Assembly: GCA_043228905.1 (NCBI GenBank)
Contig: JBHGNT010000016.1
Span: 14,756,001 to 14,820,000, forward strand
DNA length: 64,000 bases
Origin: Azolla caroliniana
Lineage: Eukaryota; Plantae; Polypodiophyta
Direction of reading: 5' to 3'
The notes below the pieces were generated by a model. It did not search any database, was not told where the DNA came from, and worked only from the letters and a program-made list of their open reading frames with translations. Shown piece after piece: positions 1 to 11,205 of this stretch (within the stretch, counting starts at the first letter, position 1; each line of letters starts with the position of its first letter). The translations under genes and the position numbers were made by a program.

Positions 1-844
1 TTTAGTTTTTCATTACACAAAATATAAAAATAAACCTAGGGCCTATTGGCATACAATGACGTGCAAGTAAGGTTTTGAACCTTACACCTCAAGGATAGGA
101 GGCAATTAACATACCATTAAGGCTATGTTGTTTTCTTCATTATATTTTTCACATGTAACTACTCGTACATGAGAGCTTGAATGAGGTACATGGTCATCAT
201 GCATCATATGTGCTGCATGCATGCCAAATGGCAATCATGCATCACATGCATTTCATGCATTGTATGCATGTCTTACACCCTCACATGCATCATATGCATG
301 GGGGCATCTATATAAGAAGGAAAGGAAGGGAAAGGAAATCAGGTGACATATGGAATTAATAAGGTAATAATAAAAGCTTAGTTGTCTCATTGGCAATGTA
401 TCTTGTCTCTCAACCTTGAGGTGAAAGGTTCAAACCCAGGACTTGTATTCCTACCCGTATTATCTACCTTTAATACTTTCTCGCTTGTGCTAGTCCTTCC
501 GGTCCAGAACACTGACGGTCCAACTTCATTGTCTTGCATGATTCCTTCCATCCTCCATCACCACTTGCGGATAGAGGCCGGTGCTTGTCTACGCGCGCAC
601 ATCGCGACGTTTGGCACATGTGTGACGTGCTTCGTGACATCTTTGTGGTGCGGTAAATATTTTCTCTCTCTCCCTCCCTCCTTTTTCCCAGTCAACCCAG
701 ACAAGTGTCTTCGACAACAAGAATGACCCAATTGTAAACCTAAACGACCGATTCCTTACAAGCACAAGTCACCCAATTTATCCTCCTTGGAAAAGACCCC
801 GGAGGTTCCGTTCGACCAACCCGCAGGCACGGATTTCCGTGACA
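1..844 (+). mobile_element. 3' part of an LTR (left end outside window), TGTCGTG/CACGACA-type Gypsy lineage
   Basis: Ends ...ggatttccgTGACA(844), resembling the reverse complement of the 14151 terminus; followed by acgt and then copia coding sequence. TATA-like ctatataag at ~308, CATGCA-rich core and tRNA-like modules are shared with 54995-55991. Confidence 0.6.
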
Positions 845-1563
845 ACGTGTCTTACCAACCTCTAAAGGTGTTCGGATGTCTTGCTTATGTGCATGTAGCA
901 AAGAACAAGAGAGAGAAATTGGACCCGAAGTCTCGGCCATGCATATTCCTTGGATACATCGATGATGATTTCGGATATCAAGTGTGGGACTTGTGTTGAG
1001 AAGCAAGCTCAACAAAGGTATGTGATGCTTATTGAGAAATAAGTTATAGTAGCTATTAGCTAATTAGCTACTAGTGGACATAAAGGTGAAACAACTATTT
1101 AGCTATGCACAACTATTTAGCTACTAACAACTATTTAGCTACAGACAGCTAATTAGCTGCATATATAAGTCACTTATATACTTAGGTAAAAAGTAAGTGT
1201 AGTAAGTAGAAGAGAGTAGTAGTGAGAGTAGTGTAGAGAGTTGTAAGAATAGAAAGAACAAAAAACAAACGAGAGCAAGTTGAGCTCTGCGTGTAATGAA
1301 GTAGAAGCTTTTGGATTGTGCAAAGGTAAGTCTCCTTCCCCTTCCCTTTTCTGTCTTGAGCACTAAACGATCCAACACATCACGATCCGTTGTGCCCACA
1401 AAAGAGCCATAGCACCTTCGTAACATGGTATCAGAGCTGAGTTGCTCATAAAGAATATTAGAACAATACAGATCTGAGAAAGGTTGTTTCTTTGTTTGCT
1501 GATCTGAATCAGAGAGTTGTTTGTTGAAGTAATTGTAGCAAAAGACCTAATTTGAAAGAGAAA

Positions 1564-4500
1564 ATGGCTACAGAAAATGGAAGCCAAATAGTCACAAAAA
1601 AATAAGATAAAAACAATTTCTCAGCATGGAAATTCAGAATGACAAATTTCCTAATGGGAAAAGGATATTAGGATTACATTGAAGGATACCTAGAAGAGGC
1701 TCCAGAGATCCTTGAAGAAAATGCAACTGCTGCATAGATTATAACATTTAAAGAATGGAATCAAGGGGAAAGAAAGGTATTGCATTGACTCTCACTTAGC
1801 ATCTCAAATTGGATGCTTGGACACATACAAGATGTTATGCTTCCAAAAGAAGCTTGGGACAGTTTAGTAAAACTGTTTGTAGTGAACACAAAAGGCTAGA
1901 AAGCTTTAGTTGAAGACTGAGCTAAATACCTTGGAAAAAGGTAAAATGTCAGTGAATGAGTATGCTCCGAAAATAAAGAGCGTATGTGAATCACTTGTTT
2001 CTATCGATGTGAAGGCAAAGAATGATGATAAGGTGGAAATATGCTTAAGAGGTTTAGGATCTCAATATAAAAGCTTCAAAACATCTATTCTCACAAGGGA
2101 TAGCATCCCAAGTTTTCCAAATGTGATTTCAATGCTTGTAGTGGAAGAAAGAAATCATATGGATGATGTAAACAAAGGAAACTCTAAGACTGAGGAGCAA
2201 GCCCTCTACAATAGTGTTGGAAGAGGCCGAGGAAGAGGCCATGGAAGATTTGGTTCAACTAGAAGCAACAATAGTTATCAAGGAAGAGGACAACAGGTTA
2301 CAAGTGGAAGAAACAACATCAGAGGCAGGGGGAGCAATCGAGGAAGAGGTAAGCAAACTTATTTGAATGATGATGGTTTTTGGTATTGTGGAAAACCAAG
2401 CCATACACAGGTTGAATGCTATAAAAAGCAAAATGATGAAAAAAGAGGGAAGAGACAGCAAAATAATTATGCCTCAACTAGTGATGACTGTGATAAAGAC
2501 GATGCATTTGTGGTGCAACATGAAACAGCAACAATGGCTGAATGTTCACAGAGATGTAATGAAGAGTTTATGTGGTATGTAGATTCTGGGGCATCTAATC
2601 ATATGACAGGACATGCAAACTGGTTTGAAAGTCTAAGAGAACTAGAGATTCCTAATTATGTATAGACAGGTGATAATACCACTCACCAAATAGAGCATGT
2701 TGGAGATATCCCATTGTGGGAAGAAAAAGGGAAAACAAAATATATGCTGAATGTTATGCATGTGCCAAACCTTGCAAAAAATTTGATTTCTATTGGACAA
2801 ATAGTGGAGCAAGGAATGCAAGTTAAGTTTAAGCAAAGTGGATGCTTTATAGAGAAACGGGGAAAGCTTATTGCAAAAGGAAAACATCAAGGAAGAATGT
2901 TTGTGTTAGATGTGGATATGCCTAAAAAGATTACAGTCATATTTGCAGAAGGAATGAGTGTAATCTCAGATGTGGAAATGTGGCATAAAAGAATTGGTCA
3001 CATAAGTATGCAAACCTTGAAAAATATGTTGAGGAAAAATGCAGTGGCTGGACTGCCTAAGTTGAAAGACTGTAAGATGAGCAAAATATGTGAAGCGAAA
3101 CAGGTTGCCTTTCCCTCATGAAAGACATGTGAGCAAAAATTTGTTGGATTTGCTACATACAGATATATGGGGACCAACAAAAAATGCATCAATTAGTGGA
3201 TGTAAGTTTTATGTAACATTCATTGATGATTGCTCAAGGAAAACATGGGTTTACTTCATGAAAGAAAAAAATGAAGTTTAAATGCATGGTAGAAAAGCAG
3301 GTTGGAACTAGAATAAAATGCCTAAGATCTGATGGAGGAGGAGAATACTTCTCAAATGAGTTTTCTGATTTCCTATGTAATCAAGGAATAAGGAGACAGT
3401 TTACATGTAGATATACTCCATAGCAAAATGGAGTTGCTGAGAGAAAAAACAAAACTCTAGTGAACATAGCAAGAGCCATGATGACAAAAATATATATGCC
3501 ATTGTATTACTGGGAAGAAGCTGTAAACACAGCAAATTATATTCTAAATAGATGTATAACATCTAGAGTGCATGAAGTAACTCCTGAAGAATGTTTCTAT
3601 GGCAGGAAGCCTAGTTTAGAACACTTAAAAGTGTTTGGATGCCTTGCCTATGTTCATGTACCTACTGAAGTAAGAAGTAAGCTTGATCCAAAAGCTGAAA
3701 AATGTGTTTTTGTTGGATATTCAGAGGAACAAAAAGGGTATAGATGCTATAACCCTTTCACAAAAAAGATTGTGGTAAGCCGTGATTTAATATTTTATGA
3801 GTTGGGCAGCTGGTACAACCAAAAACAAAATGTAGAAACTGATGAAGACTGTGAAAATGAAGACAGAGAAAAATTTGAAAATGGAAGAGATTGCCATGGA
3901 GATGGAAACAATGTTGGACAACAAAGTTCCACATCAATGGAATGTATTGGACCATCTAGAAGCTCAGGTAGTAAATTTGAATCTAATGCATGGAGTGGAA
4001 AAAATGCAAGACACAAAAAATATGATGATAGAAAGGGGAAACAGAATATGCAAGAATATGAAATGCTTGATGATGGGTCTAGAAACATGGAAGATGTAGA
4101 TTCAAATACATCATTGGATGATGAGCTTGGTATAGGAGCCTTGAAAATCCCTAGTATGGAAAAAGCAATGAAAGATGCACATCAGAAACTGAGAAGATTA
4201 GATAGAGAGAAAAATATTGTTGAAAGATTTGGTTATGACACATGGCTATGCATTATGCATACATGTCTAAAGTGGTACACATCCCTAATCCAAATAGTTT
4301 TGATGAAGCAAAATCTAATAAGAAATGGGTGAATGCAATGCAAGAAGAAATAGATGCATTGGCTGAAAACAGAACATGGGATTTGGTGAAGTTACAGAAA
4401 GGAAAAAATGTTGTAGGTTGCAAATGGGTCTACAAAACAAAGCATGATTCCAATGGAAATGTTAGTAGATATCAAGCAAGACTTGTGGCAAAGGGATATG

Positions 4501-5044
4501 CCCAGATGCATGGAAATGATTATGATGAAATATTTGCACTGGTGGCAAAAATGGCAACCTTGAGAACACTACTTGCTGTGAGTGCAACCAAAAGATGGTT
4601 TCTGCACCATATGGATGTAAAAAATGTCATTTTACATGGTAACTTGGAAGAGGAAGTATACATGTGTCAACCACCAGGTTTTGAAGATAAGAAGCATCCA
4701 AAATATGTATGTAGGCTGAAAAAGGCTCTCTATGGACTGAAATAGGCACCGAGTGCATGGCATAAAGAACTTTCAGAATCTCTGAAAAAAATTTCCTTCA
4801 AAATGTCAAAAGCTGATCCATCATTATATGTAAAGAAGATAAATGATTGCATTGTTGTGATTTTGATTTATGTAGATGATTTAATCATTGGAGGTAATTC
4901 CATGGATGAAATAAGCAAGCTGAAAAAAAATCTTGAAATGCAATTTCATATGAAGGATTTGGGAGAGCTGAGATACTTTCTTGGCATTGAGATGATCAAA
5001 TCTGAAAGTGGTATATATATGTTGCAAAAACAATATGCAACAAC
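1564..5044 (+). pseudogene. Element A gag-protease-integrase-RT, multiple stops and frameshifts
   Basis: Zn-knuckle remnant WYCGKPSHTQVEC, WYVDSGASNHM, MWHKRIGH, LLHTDIWGP, KVFGCLAYVH, CKWVYK, IYVDDLII spread over broken ORFs. Confidence 0.9.
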
Positions 5045-5668
5045 TGTTGGGATTACGGTCCCTCCGGATGGGATGGTCGGATGTCCGGGAATCGGGAATG
5101 AAGACCCGAATGAGGAGTACCCGGTATCGGAGCCGGATGATGAAGACCCCGGCTACGGAGCCGGATGACGAATGTACCCGGAGAGAGATCCGGATGCGGG
5201 GACATATTTGTGAATATGTTTGCCAAGGGCCCTTGAGGCTATATTTGTAAATAGCCCGAAAGTCATATGTGTATAAATATGACTTAGGGCAAACAGTTTT
5301 GTTGTTGCTCATTTTTCTGTTTTCCACTTAGAGGGAGCGAAGTGAAAGCAGCAGAGAGTGAGAGAGAGAGAGAGAAAGGAAGAGGTCGACGCCTCTGTGT
5401 AATACCGCCGCCTGTGGCGAGGACAGCGAGCTCAAGGTTGTCGCCCTGCAGCTCGCCATTGTACATTCCCTGCGTATAGTGATAGTTGGAGTCTTGCACT
5501 CCCGTGGTTTTTCCCGTCTAGGGTTTTCCACGCTAAACCTTGTGCATTCGAGTCTCTCTCTGTGTTATCGATTTTCTGCTGCATTGATTCGTGTTTCCTC
5601 GGTTGTGGTCGAGAGGTGAAGAAATTGAAAGCGTCAATTTCTAACAATCTGGTATCAGAGCGACTGCA

Positions 5669-8047
5669 GTGCAGAAAATGGAAGGCGGCAACAGCGGGCA
5701 GCCGGGGATGATAGTGCTAAATGCGCAGAACTACGCCGACTGGAAGATAAAGATGGAGGATCTGCTCATTGTTCGGGACCTGTATGAACCGATCGATAGG
5801 TCGGAAATACCCAAGGGGGTACTTGAGACGGAATGGAGGCTTCTGAACCGGAAAGCCGTTGCAACCATTCGGCAATACGTCGACGTGAGCGTTCTACAAC
5901 ATGTGGCGAACGACACCAACGCATATGAGATGTGGCAGAAGCTGTCGGGCCTCTACGAGAGGAAGAATGCGTTGAACCAGACCTCCCTGATGAGGAAGAT
6001 AGTGAACCTCAAGTACCGGGACGGCGAGAGTATGGTGGAACACGTAAGCACGTTCATGGGATTCGTGAACCAGCTTGCGGCGATCAAGTTCCCGTTGGAG
6101 GATGCAATGCAAGCCATCATCCTGATGTGTACATTGCCGGCAAGCTGGGAGAACTTGGTGGTGACTCTCAGCACCTCCTGCACCGAAGATAACTTGTCCC
6201 TACAAACGGTAAAGACAAGCATTTTGAACGAAGAAGCGCGTCGGAGAGATAAAGAACCGGCCTCCGATCCGAAGATGCTGCTTACCGAATCAGATCAGGG
6301 AAGACAACGGAACCGGAGTCCGCAAAGACGGGAGAAGTCGGGGACCCGGTCGCAGTCAAGAGGAAGGCCCACATGCTTCCACTGTGGGAAGCCGGGGCAC
6401 TTCCGAAAGAATTGTCGGCATTACCGAAAAGACAACGGAGCCGACGACACCGATTCGAAGAAGTCTTCGGAACGGAACGGTGCTTACCGGGGAGCCACGG
6501 ACCGGAATGGTTCGGATCGGCGAGAGCAGGACCGGAAAGGAACGACGGCACTCGCGGCAAGTGAAGAGGAGATCATGCTCATCACCGAAGAAGGTGAACT
6601 AAACATTGCCGGCGATGAGACTACCTGGGTGGTTGATTCCGGAGCGTCGTTCCACCTGACCCCGGAAAGAAGATACTTCTCATCCTACACAGTCGGTGAG
6701 CATGGCTGTGTTCGGATGGGAAATGAAGGTACGTGCCGGATTGCCGGCATAGGAGACGTGTGGTTGACAACCTCGACCGGATGCAAAATGTTGCTGAAGG
6801 ATGTCCGACACGTTCCGGAGGTTCGATTGAACCTGATTTCGGCTGGGAGGCTAGACGATGAAGGCTACACAGGTAGCATCCGGAACGGCGTAATGAAGTT
6901 CAGCAAGGGGAGCCTAATAGTGGCTCGGGCCCGGAAAGTCAACACACTGTACCTTATGAGTGCCTGGTTGTGTCTGGAGGAGTTGAACGTGGCAGCCGAC
7001 ACTGCCGGTGAGCTGTGGCACAAGAGACTGTGCCACATGAGTGAGAAGGGGATGAAGAGGCTTGCAGAAGACAACCTTATTCCAGTGAAGCATGTGCACC
7101 TGGAGAAGTGCACCGATTGCCTGGCCGGTAAGCAGAACCGAACCTCCTTCCACTCAAGGCCACCGACGAGACGTAGCGCACCATTGGAGTTGGTGCACAC
7201 TGACTTGTGTCAAGTAGAAACGAAGTCACATGGCGGAGCCCAGTACTTCGTGACATTCATTGATGACCACAGCCGGAAGCTGTGGACGGCACCGTTGAAG
7301 ACAAAGGACCAAGTGTTGTGCGTCTTCAAAGAACTCCATGCGAGAGTGGAAAGGGAATCCGGCAAGAAGCTGAAAGCGATACGAGCGGATAACGGAGGGG
7401 AATACCGGGGGCAGTTCGAGGAGTATTGTCGCTCGAAGGGAATCCGGCTCGAGTTTACTGTGCCGAAGACGCTGGAACTGAACGGGCTGGCCGAGAGGAT
7501 GAACCGGACCATAATGGAGAGGGTCCGGAGTATGCTGGCGCATGCGAAATTACCCAAGGGGTTTTGGGCTGAGGCAATGTCGACGGCGACATACGTGATA
7601 AACAGATCACCCTCGGTACCTTTGGACGGAGACACGCCGCAGAGAGTGTGGACCGGTAGGGAAGTATCCTACCGGCATATGAAGGTGTTCGGGTGTCTCG
7701 CATATGTGCATGTGGCAAACGACCGGAGAGGAAAGCTAGATCCAAAGACCCGGCCATGCATATTCCTCGGTTACGGCGATGACGAGTTCGGCTACCGAGT
7801 ATGGGACCCGGTCGACAAAAAGATATTCCGGAGTCGTGATATCATCTTCATGGAGGACAAGACACTCGCCGACTGGGAGTCGGAGAAGAAGATGAAGAGC
7901 TCCAAGTCGACCGGTGAGGATCAACTCTATGAGGAGCAGTCCCGACCGGCAAGGGACCGGTTAGCACTCGAGGATCCGGCCGAAGACGGTGAAGAAACAG
8001 AACCGGCCGAGGAAGATGAAACTGATACCGGAAATGGATTCGGATGA
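5669..8047 (+). CDS. Copia polyprotein N-part: Gag, CCHC knuckle, protease, GAG-pre-integrase, integrase
   Basis: CFHCGKPGHFRKNC, WVVDSGASFH, LWHKRLCH, IRADNGGEY; ended by a 17-bp deletion relative to the 26655 copy. Confidence 0.9.
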   Translation: MQKMEGGNSGQPGMIVLNAQNYADWKIKMEDLLIVRDLYEPIDRSEIPKGVLETEWRLLNRKAVATIRQYVDVSVLQHVANDTNAYEMWQKLSGLYERKNALNQTSLMRKIVNLKYRDGESMVEHVSTFMGFVNQLAAIKFPLEDAMQAIILMCTLPASWENLVVTLSTSCTEDNLSLQTVKTSILNEEARRRDKEPASDPKMLLTESDQGRQRNRSPQRREKSGTRSQSRGRPTCFHCGKPGHFRKNCRHYRKDNGADDTDSKKSSERNGAYRGATDRNGSDRREQDRKGTTALAASEEEIMLITEEGELNIAGDETTWVVDSGASFHLTPERRYFSSYTVGEHGCVRMGNEGTCRIAGIGDVWLTTSTGCKMLLKDVRHVPEVRLNLISAGRLDDEGYTGSIRNGVMKFSKGSLIVARARKVNTLYLMSAWLCLEELNVAADTAGELWHKRLCHMSEKGMKRLAEDNLIPVKHVHLEKCTDCLAGKQNRTSFHSRPPTRRSAPLELVHTDLCQVETKSHGGAQYFVTFIDDHSRKLWTAPLKTKDQVLCVFKELHARVERESGKKLKAIRADNGGEYRGQFEEYCRSKGIRLEFTVPKTLELNGLAERMNRTIMERVRSMLAHAKLPKGFWAEAMSTATYVINRSPSVPLDGDTPQRVWTGREVSYRHMKVFGCLAYVHVANDRRGKLDPKTRPCIFLGYGDDEFGYRVWDPVDKKIFRSRDIIFMEDKTLADWESEKKMKSSKSTGEDQLYEEQSRPARDRLALEDPAEDGEETEPAEEDETDTGNGFG

Positions 8048-9734
8048 AGAGGAAACGGAGGAGCCGGTTACCGAAGCTCCGGAACGGAGATATCCTCTAA
8101 GAGAGAGAAGGGCCCCCCGGAGATTTCCGGAACCAGAGCACGTGCTGCTAACCGACGAAGGGGAGCCGGAGAGTTTTGAAGAAGCAAAGCTTGACACCCA
8201 TAGCCGCAGGTGGTTAAGTGCCATGCAGGAGGAGATGGATTCCCTGCATGAGAACCACACATATGAACTTGTGGAGTTGCCAAAAGGAAAGCGGGCACTT
8301 CGAAACAAGTGGGTGTTCAAGTTGAAACCGGGAGATGCCGGAAACCCCCCGAGATACAAAGCCAGGATCGTGGTGAAGGGGTTCCAGCAGAAGAAGGGCG
8401 TCGACTTCGACGAGATATTTGCCCCGGTAGTGAAGATGACCTCCATCCGGACGGTGCTGAGCATAGCGGCAAGCATGGACCTCGAGGTAGAACAGATGGA
8501 CGTGAAGACGGCATTCCTTCACGGTGACCTCGAAGAAGAGATCTACATGCAGCAACCGGAAGGATTCGAGAAGAAAGGGAAGGAGCACCTGGTATGCCGG
8601 TTGAAGAAGAGCCTTTACGGACTGAAGCAGGCTCCCCGGCAATGGTACCGGAAGTTCGACTCTTTCATGACCGACGAAGGGTACCACAAAACGCAGTCCG
8701 ATCACTGCGTGTTTGTGAAGAAGTTCGAAGGAGGAGACTTTCTAATACTCCTCCTGTACGTGGACGACATGTTGATCGTCGGACGGGACCAGGTCAAGAT
8801 ACGGATGCTGAAGAAAGCGCTTCACCGAACCTTCTCAATGAAGGACCTGGGTCCGGCGAGGCAAATACTAGGGATGCACATCATCCGGGACCGGAAGAAG
8901 AAGCAGTTGTGGCTGTCACAGGAGAAGTACGTGACAAAGGTGCTTCACCGGTTCAACATGTCGGAAGCAAGACCGGTCGGGTCAACCCTCCCGGCAAACT
9001 GCAAGTTGTCCGGCAAGCAAAGCCCCAAGACAAAGGCTGAGAAGGAGGACATGATGAAAGTACCATATGCCTCTGCCGTCGGAAGCTTGATGTACGCAAT
9101 GGTGTGTACAAGACCGGACATAGGATATGCAGTCGGAGTGGTGAGCCGGTACATGAGCAATCCCGGCAAAGAGCACTGGAACGCGGCCAAGTGGATACTC
9201 CGATACCTGAAGGGAACGGCAAACGTGTGCCTCCGATTCGGCTCCGGTAAGCCCGAACTCGACGGCTTTACCGATTCGGATATGTCGGCTGATGCAGATA
9301 CCAGCCGGTCCACATCAGGGTATGTGATGACGTATGCAGGGGGAGCTGTTTCGTGGCAGTCGAGGCTGCAGAAGACGGTTGCATTGTCAACCACGGAGGC
9401 GGAGTACATGGCGGCTGTTGAAGCCGGCAAGGAAATGATATGGATGAAGGACTTCATTAGAGAGCTCGGTATCCGGCAGGAGGAGTACCGACTCTACTGC
9501 GACAGTCAGAGTGCCATCCACCTTGCGAAGAACGCGGCCTATCACTCCCGGACGAAGCACATCCGGCGAAGATATCACTGGATCCGGGAAAGGATAGAAG
9601 ACCAGGAGTTCGTGCTGACGAAGATCCACACGGACGAGAACGGGTCAGACATGCGGACCAAAGTGCTCACACCCGACAAGCTGGAAGCGTGCCAGAAGAG
9701 GGTCGGACTGGAAAGACATCCCATGCCGAAGTGA
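7989..9734 (+). CDS. Copia polyprotein C-part: reverse transcriptase and RNase H
   Basis: QMDVKTAFLHG, SLYGLKQAPRQW, LYVDDML, TRPDI, STTEAEY, CDSQSAI; stops at the PPT. Confidence 0.92.
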   Translation: MKKQNRPRKMKLIPEMDSDEEETEEPVTEAPERRYPLRERRAPRRFPEPEHVLLTDEGEPESFEEAKLDTHSRRWLSAMQEEMDSLHENHTYELVELPKGKRALRNKWVFKLKPGDAGNPPRYKARIVVKGFQQKKGVDFDEIFAPVVKMTSIRTVLSIAASMDLEVEQMDVKTAFLHGDLEEEIYMQQPEGFEKKGKEHLVCRLKKSLYGLKQAPRQWYRKFDSFMTDEGYHKTQSDHCVFVKKFEGGDFLILLLYVDDMLIVGRDQVKIRMLKKALHRTFSMKDLGPARQILGMHIIRDRKKKQLWLSQEKYVTKVLHRFNMSEARPVGSTLPANCKLSGKQSPKTKAEKEDMMKVPYASAVGSLMYAMVCTRPDIGYAVGVVSRYMSNPGKEHWNAAKWILRYLKGTANVCLRFGSGKPELDGFTDSDMSADADTSRSTSGYVMTYAGGAVSWQSRLQKTVALSTTEAEYMAAVEAGKEMIWMKDFIRELGIRQEEYRLYCDSQSAIHLAKNAAYHSRTKHIRRRYHWIRERIEDQEFVLTKIHTDENGSDMRTKVLTPDKLEACQKRVGLERHPMPK

Positions 9735-10380
9735 AGGGGGAGTTTGTTGGGATTACGGTCCCTCCGGATGGGATGGTCGGATGTCCGGGAATCGGGAATG
9801 AAGACCCGAATGAGGAGTACCCGGTATCGGAGCCGGATGATGAAGACCCCGGCTACGGAGCCGGATGATGAAGACCCCGGCTACGGAGCCGGATGACGAA
9901 TGTACCCGGAGAGAGATCCGGATGCGGGGACATATTTGTGAATATGTTTGCCAAGGGCCCTTGAGGCTATATTTGTAAATAGCCCGAAAGTCATATGTTT
10001 ATAAATATGACTTAGGGCAAACAGTTTTGTTGTTGCTCATTTTTCTGTTTTCCACTTAGAGGGAGCGAAGTGAAAGCAGCAGAGAGTGAGAGAGAGAGAG
10101 AGAAAGGAAGAGGTCGACGCCTCTGTATAATACCGCCGCCTGTGGCGAGGACAGCGAGCTCAAGGTTGTCGCCCTGCAGCTCGCCATTGTACATTCCCTG
10201 CGTATAGTGATAGTTGGAGTCTTGCACTCCCGTGGTTTTTCCCGTCTAGGGTTTTCCACGCTAAACCCTGTGCATTCGAGTCTCTCTCTGTGTTATCGAT
10301 TTTCTACTGCATTGATTCGTGTTTCCTCGGTTGTGGTCGAGAGGTGAAGAAATTGAAAGCGTCAATTTCTAACAACAACT

Positions 10381-11205
10381 ATGTTGAAGAAGTATGGTAT
10401 GCTTGGATGCAAACCTATTGGTGTACCACTAGATAAGAACTACAAATTGAGGGTTGATTTGGGAGCCAAAATAGAAGATGTAAACATGTACAGGTCTATG
10501 GTGGGTACCCTCATATCTTTGACCATAACAAGACCTAATTGGAGTTATGATGTTGGATTAGTTAGCCAGTTTATGCAACAACCAACAACGCCACATTTGG
10601 ACTGCATTAGAAGAATCTTGAGGTATATAAAAGCTTCTCAGAACTATGGATTGTTTTACAGGGCTGATTTGGACATAAAGCTGGAAGGATATACAGATGT
10701 TGATTGGGCTGGAAGCCAAACTGACAGAAGATCCACAAGTCAATATATTTTTACATTGGGAAGTGCAACTATTTCATGGGGTAGCAAGAAACAAGCTACT
10801 GTTGCATTATCAAGTACTGAAGTTGAATATAAAGGAGCTGCAATAGCCACCTGTGAAGAGGTATGGATCAGAAGATTGCTTTCTGATTTGGGAGAGTATA
10901 TAGATGGTGTAGTCACAATTTGGTGTGACAATATGAGCAGCATTCAAGTGGCAAAAAACCCAGTGTTCCATGCAAGAACAAAGCACATTGAATTGCATTA
11001 TCACTTTGTTAGAGAAAAAGTGATTGATAAAGAAGCGGATTTGTTGTATATAAGTATAAACCAGCAAGTTCCTGATATTCTTACGAAGGGATTGAGCATG
11101 GAAAAACATACACAGTTTATAGACATGATGGGAGTTATAACCATCGGCATGGTAGTTGAAAAGCATGAAGAAAAGAAGATTGAAGATGATCCCAAGAAAG
11201 GATAA
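10381..11205 (+). pseudogene. Element A RT C-terminus and RNase H
   Basis: GYTDVDWAG, SSTEVEY, CDNMSSI, KNPVFHARTKHIELHYHFVRE; resumes after the TSD of element C. Confidence 0.9.

Larger units (their letters stand above)
5045..10374 (+). mobile_element. Young full-length Ty1/copia element (element C, Tnt1/Tork-like) nested in the RT of A
   Basis: LTRs 5045-5646 and 9745-10374 (about 4 substitutions plus a 28-bp indel), TSD ACAAC 5040-5044/10375-10379, PBS 5650-5661, PPT gaagggggag 9733-9742. Confidence 0.97.

Noticed and set aside
177-359. His/Met-rich 60-aa peptide
   Set aside because: Translation artefact of the CATGCA-rich LTR core.
61-440. Genuine tRNA genes
   Set aside because: A/B boxes and one T-arm are present, but no convincing acceptor or anticodon stems; reported as tRNA-like modules only.
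7989-8047. Programmed frameshift in element C
   Set aside because: The sister copy D is in frame and has 17 extra bases here, so it is a deletion.
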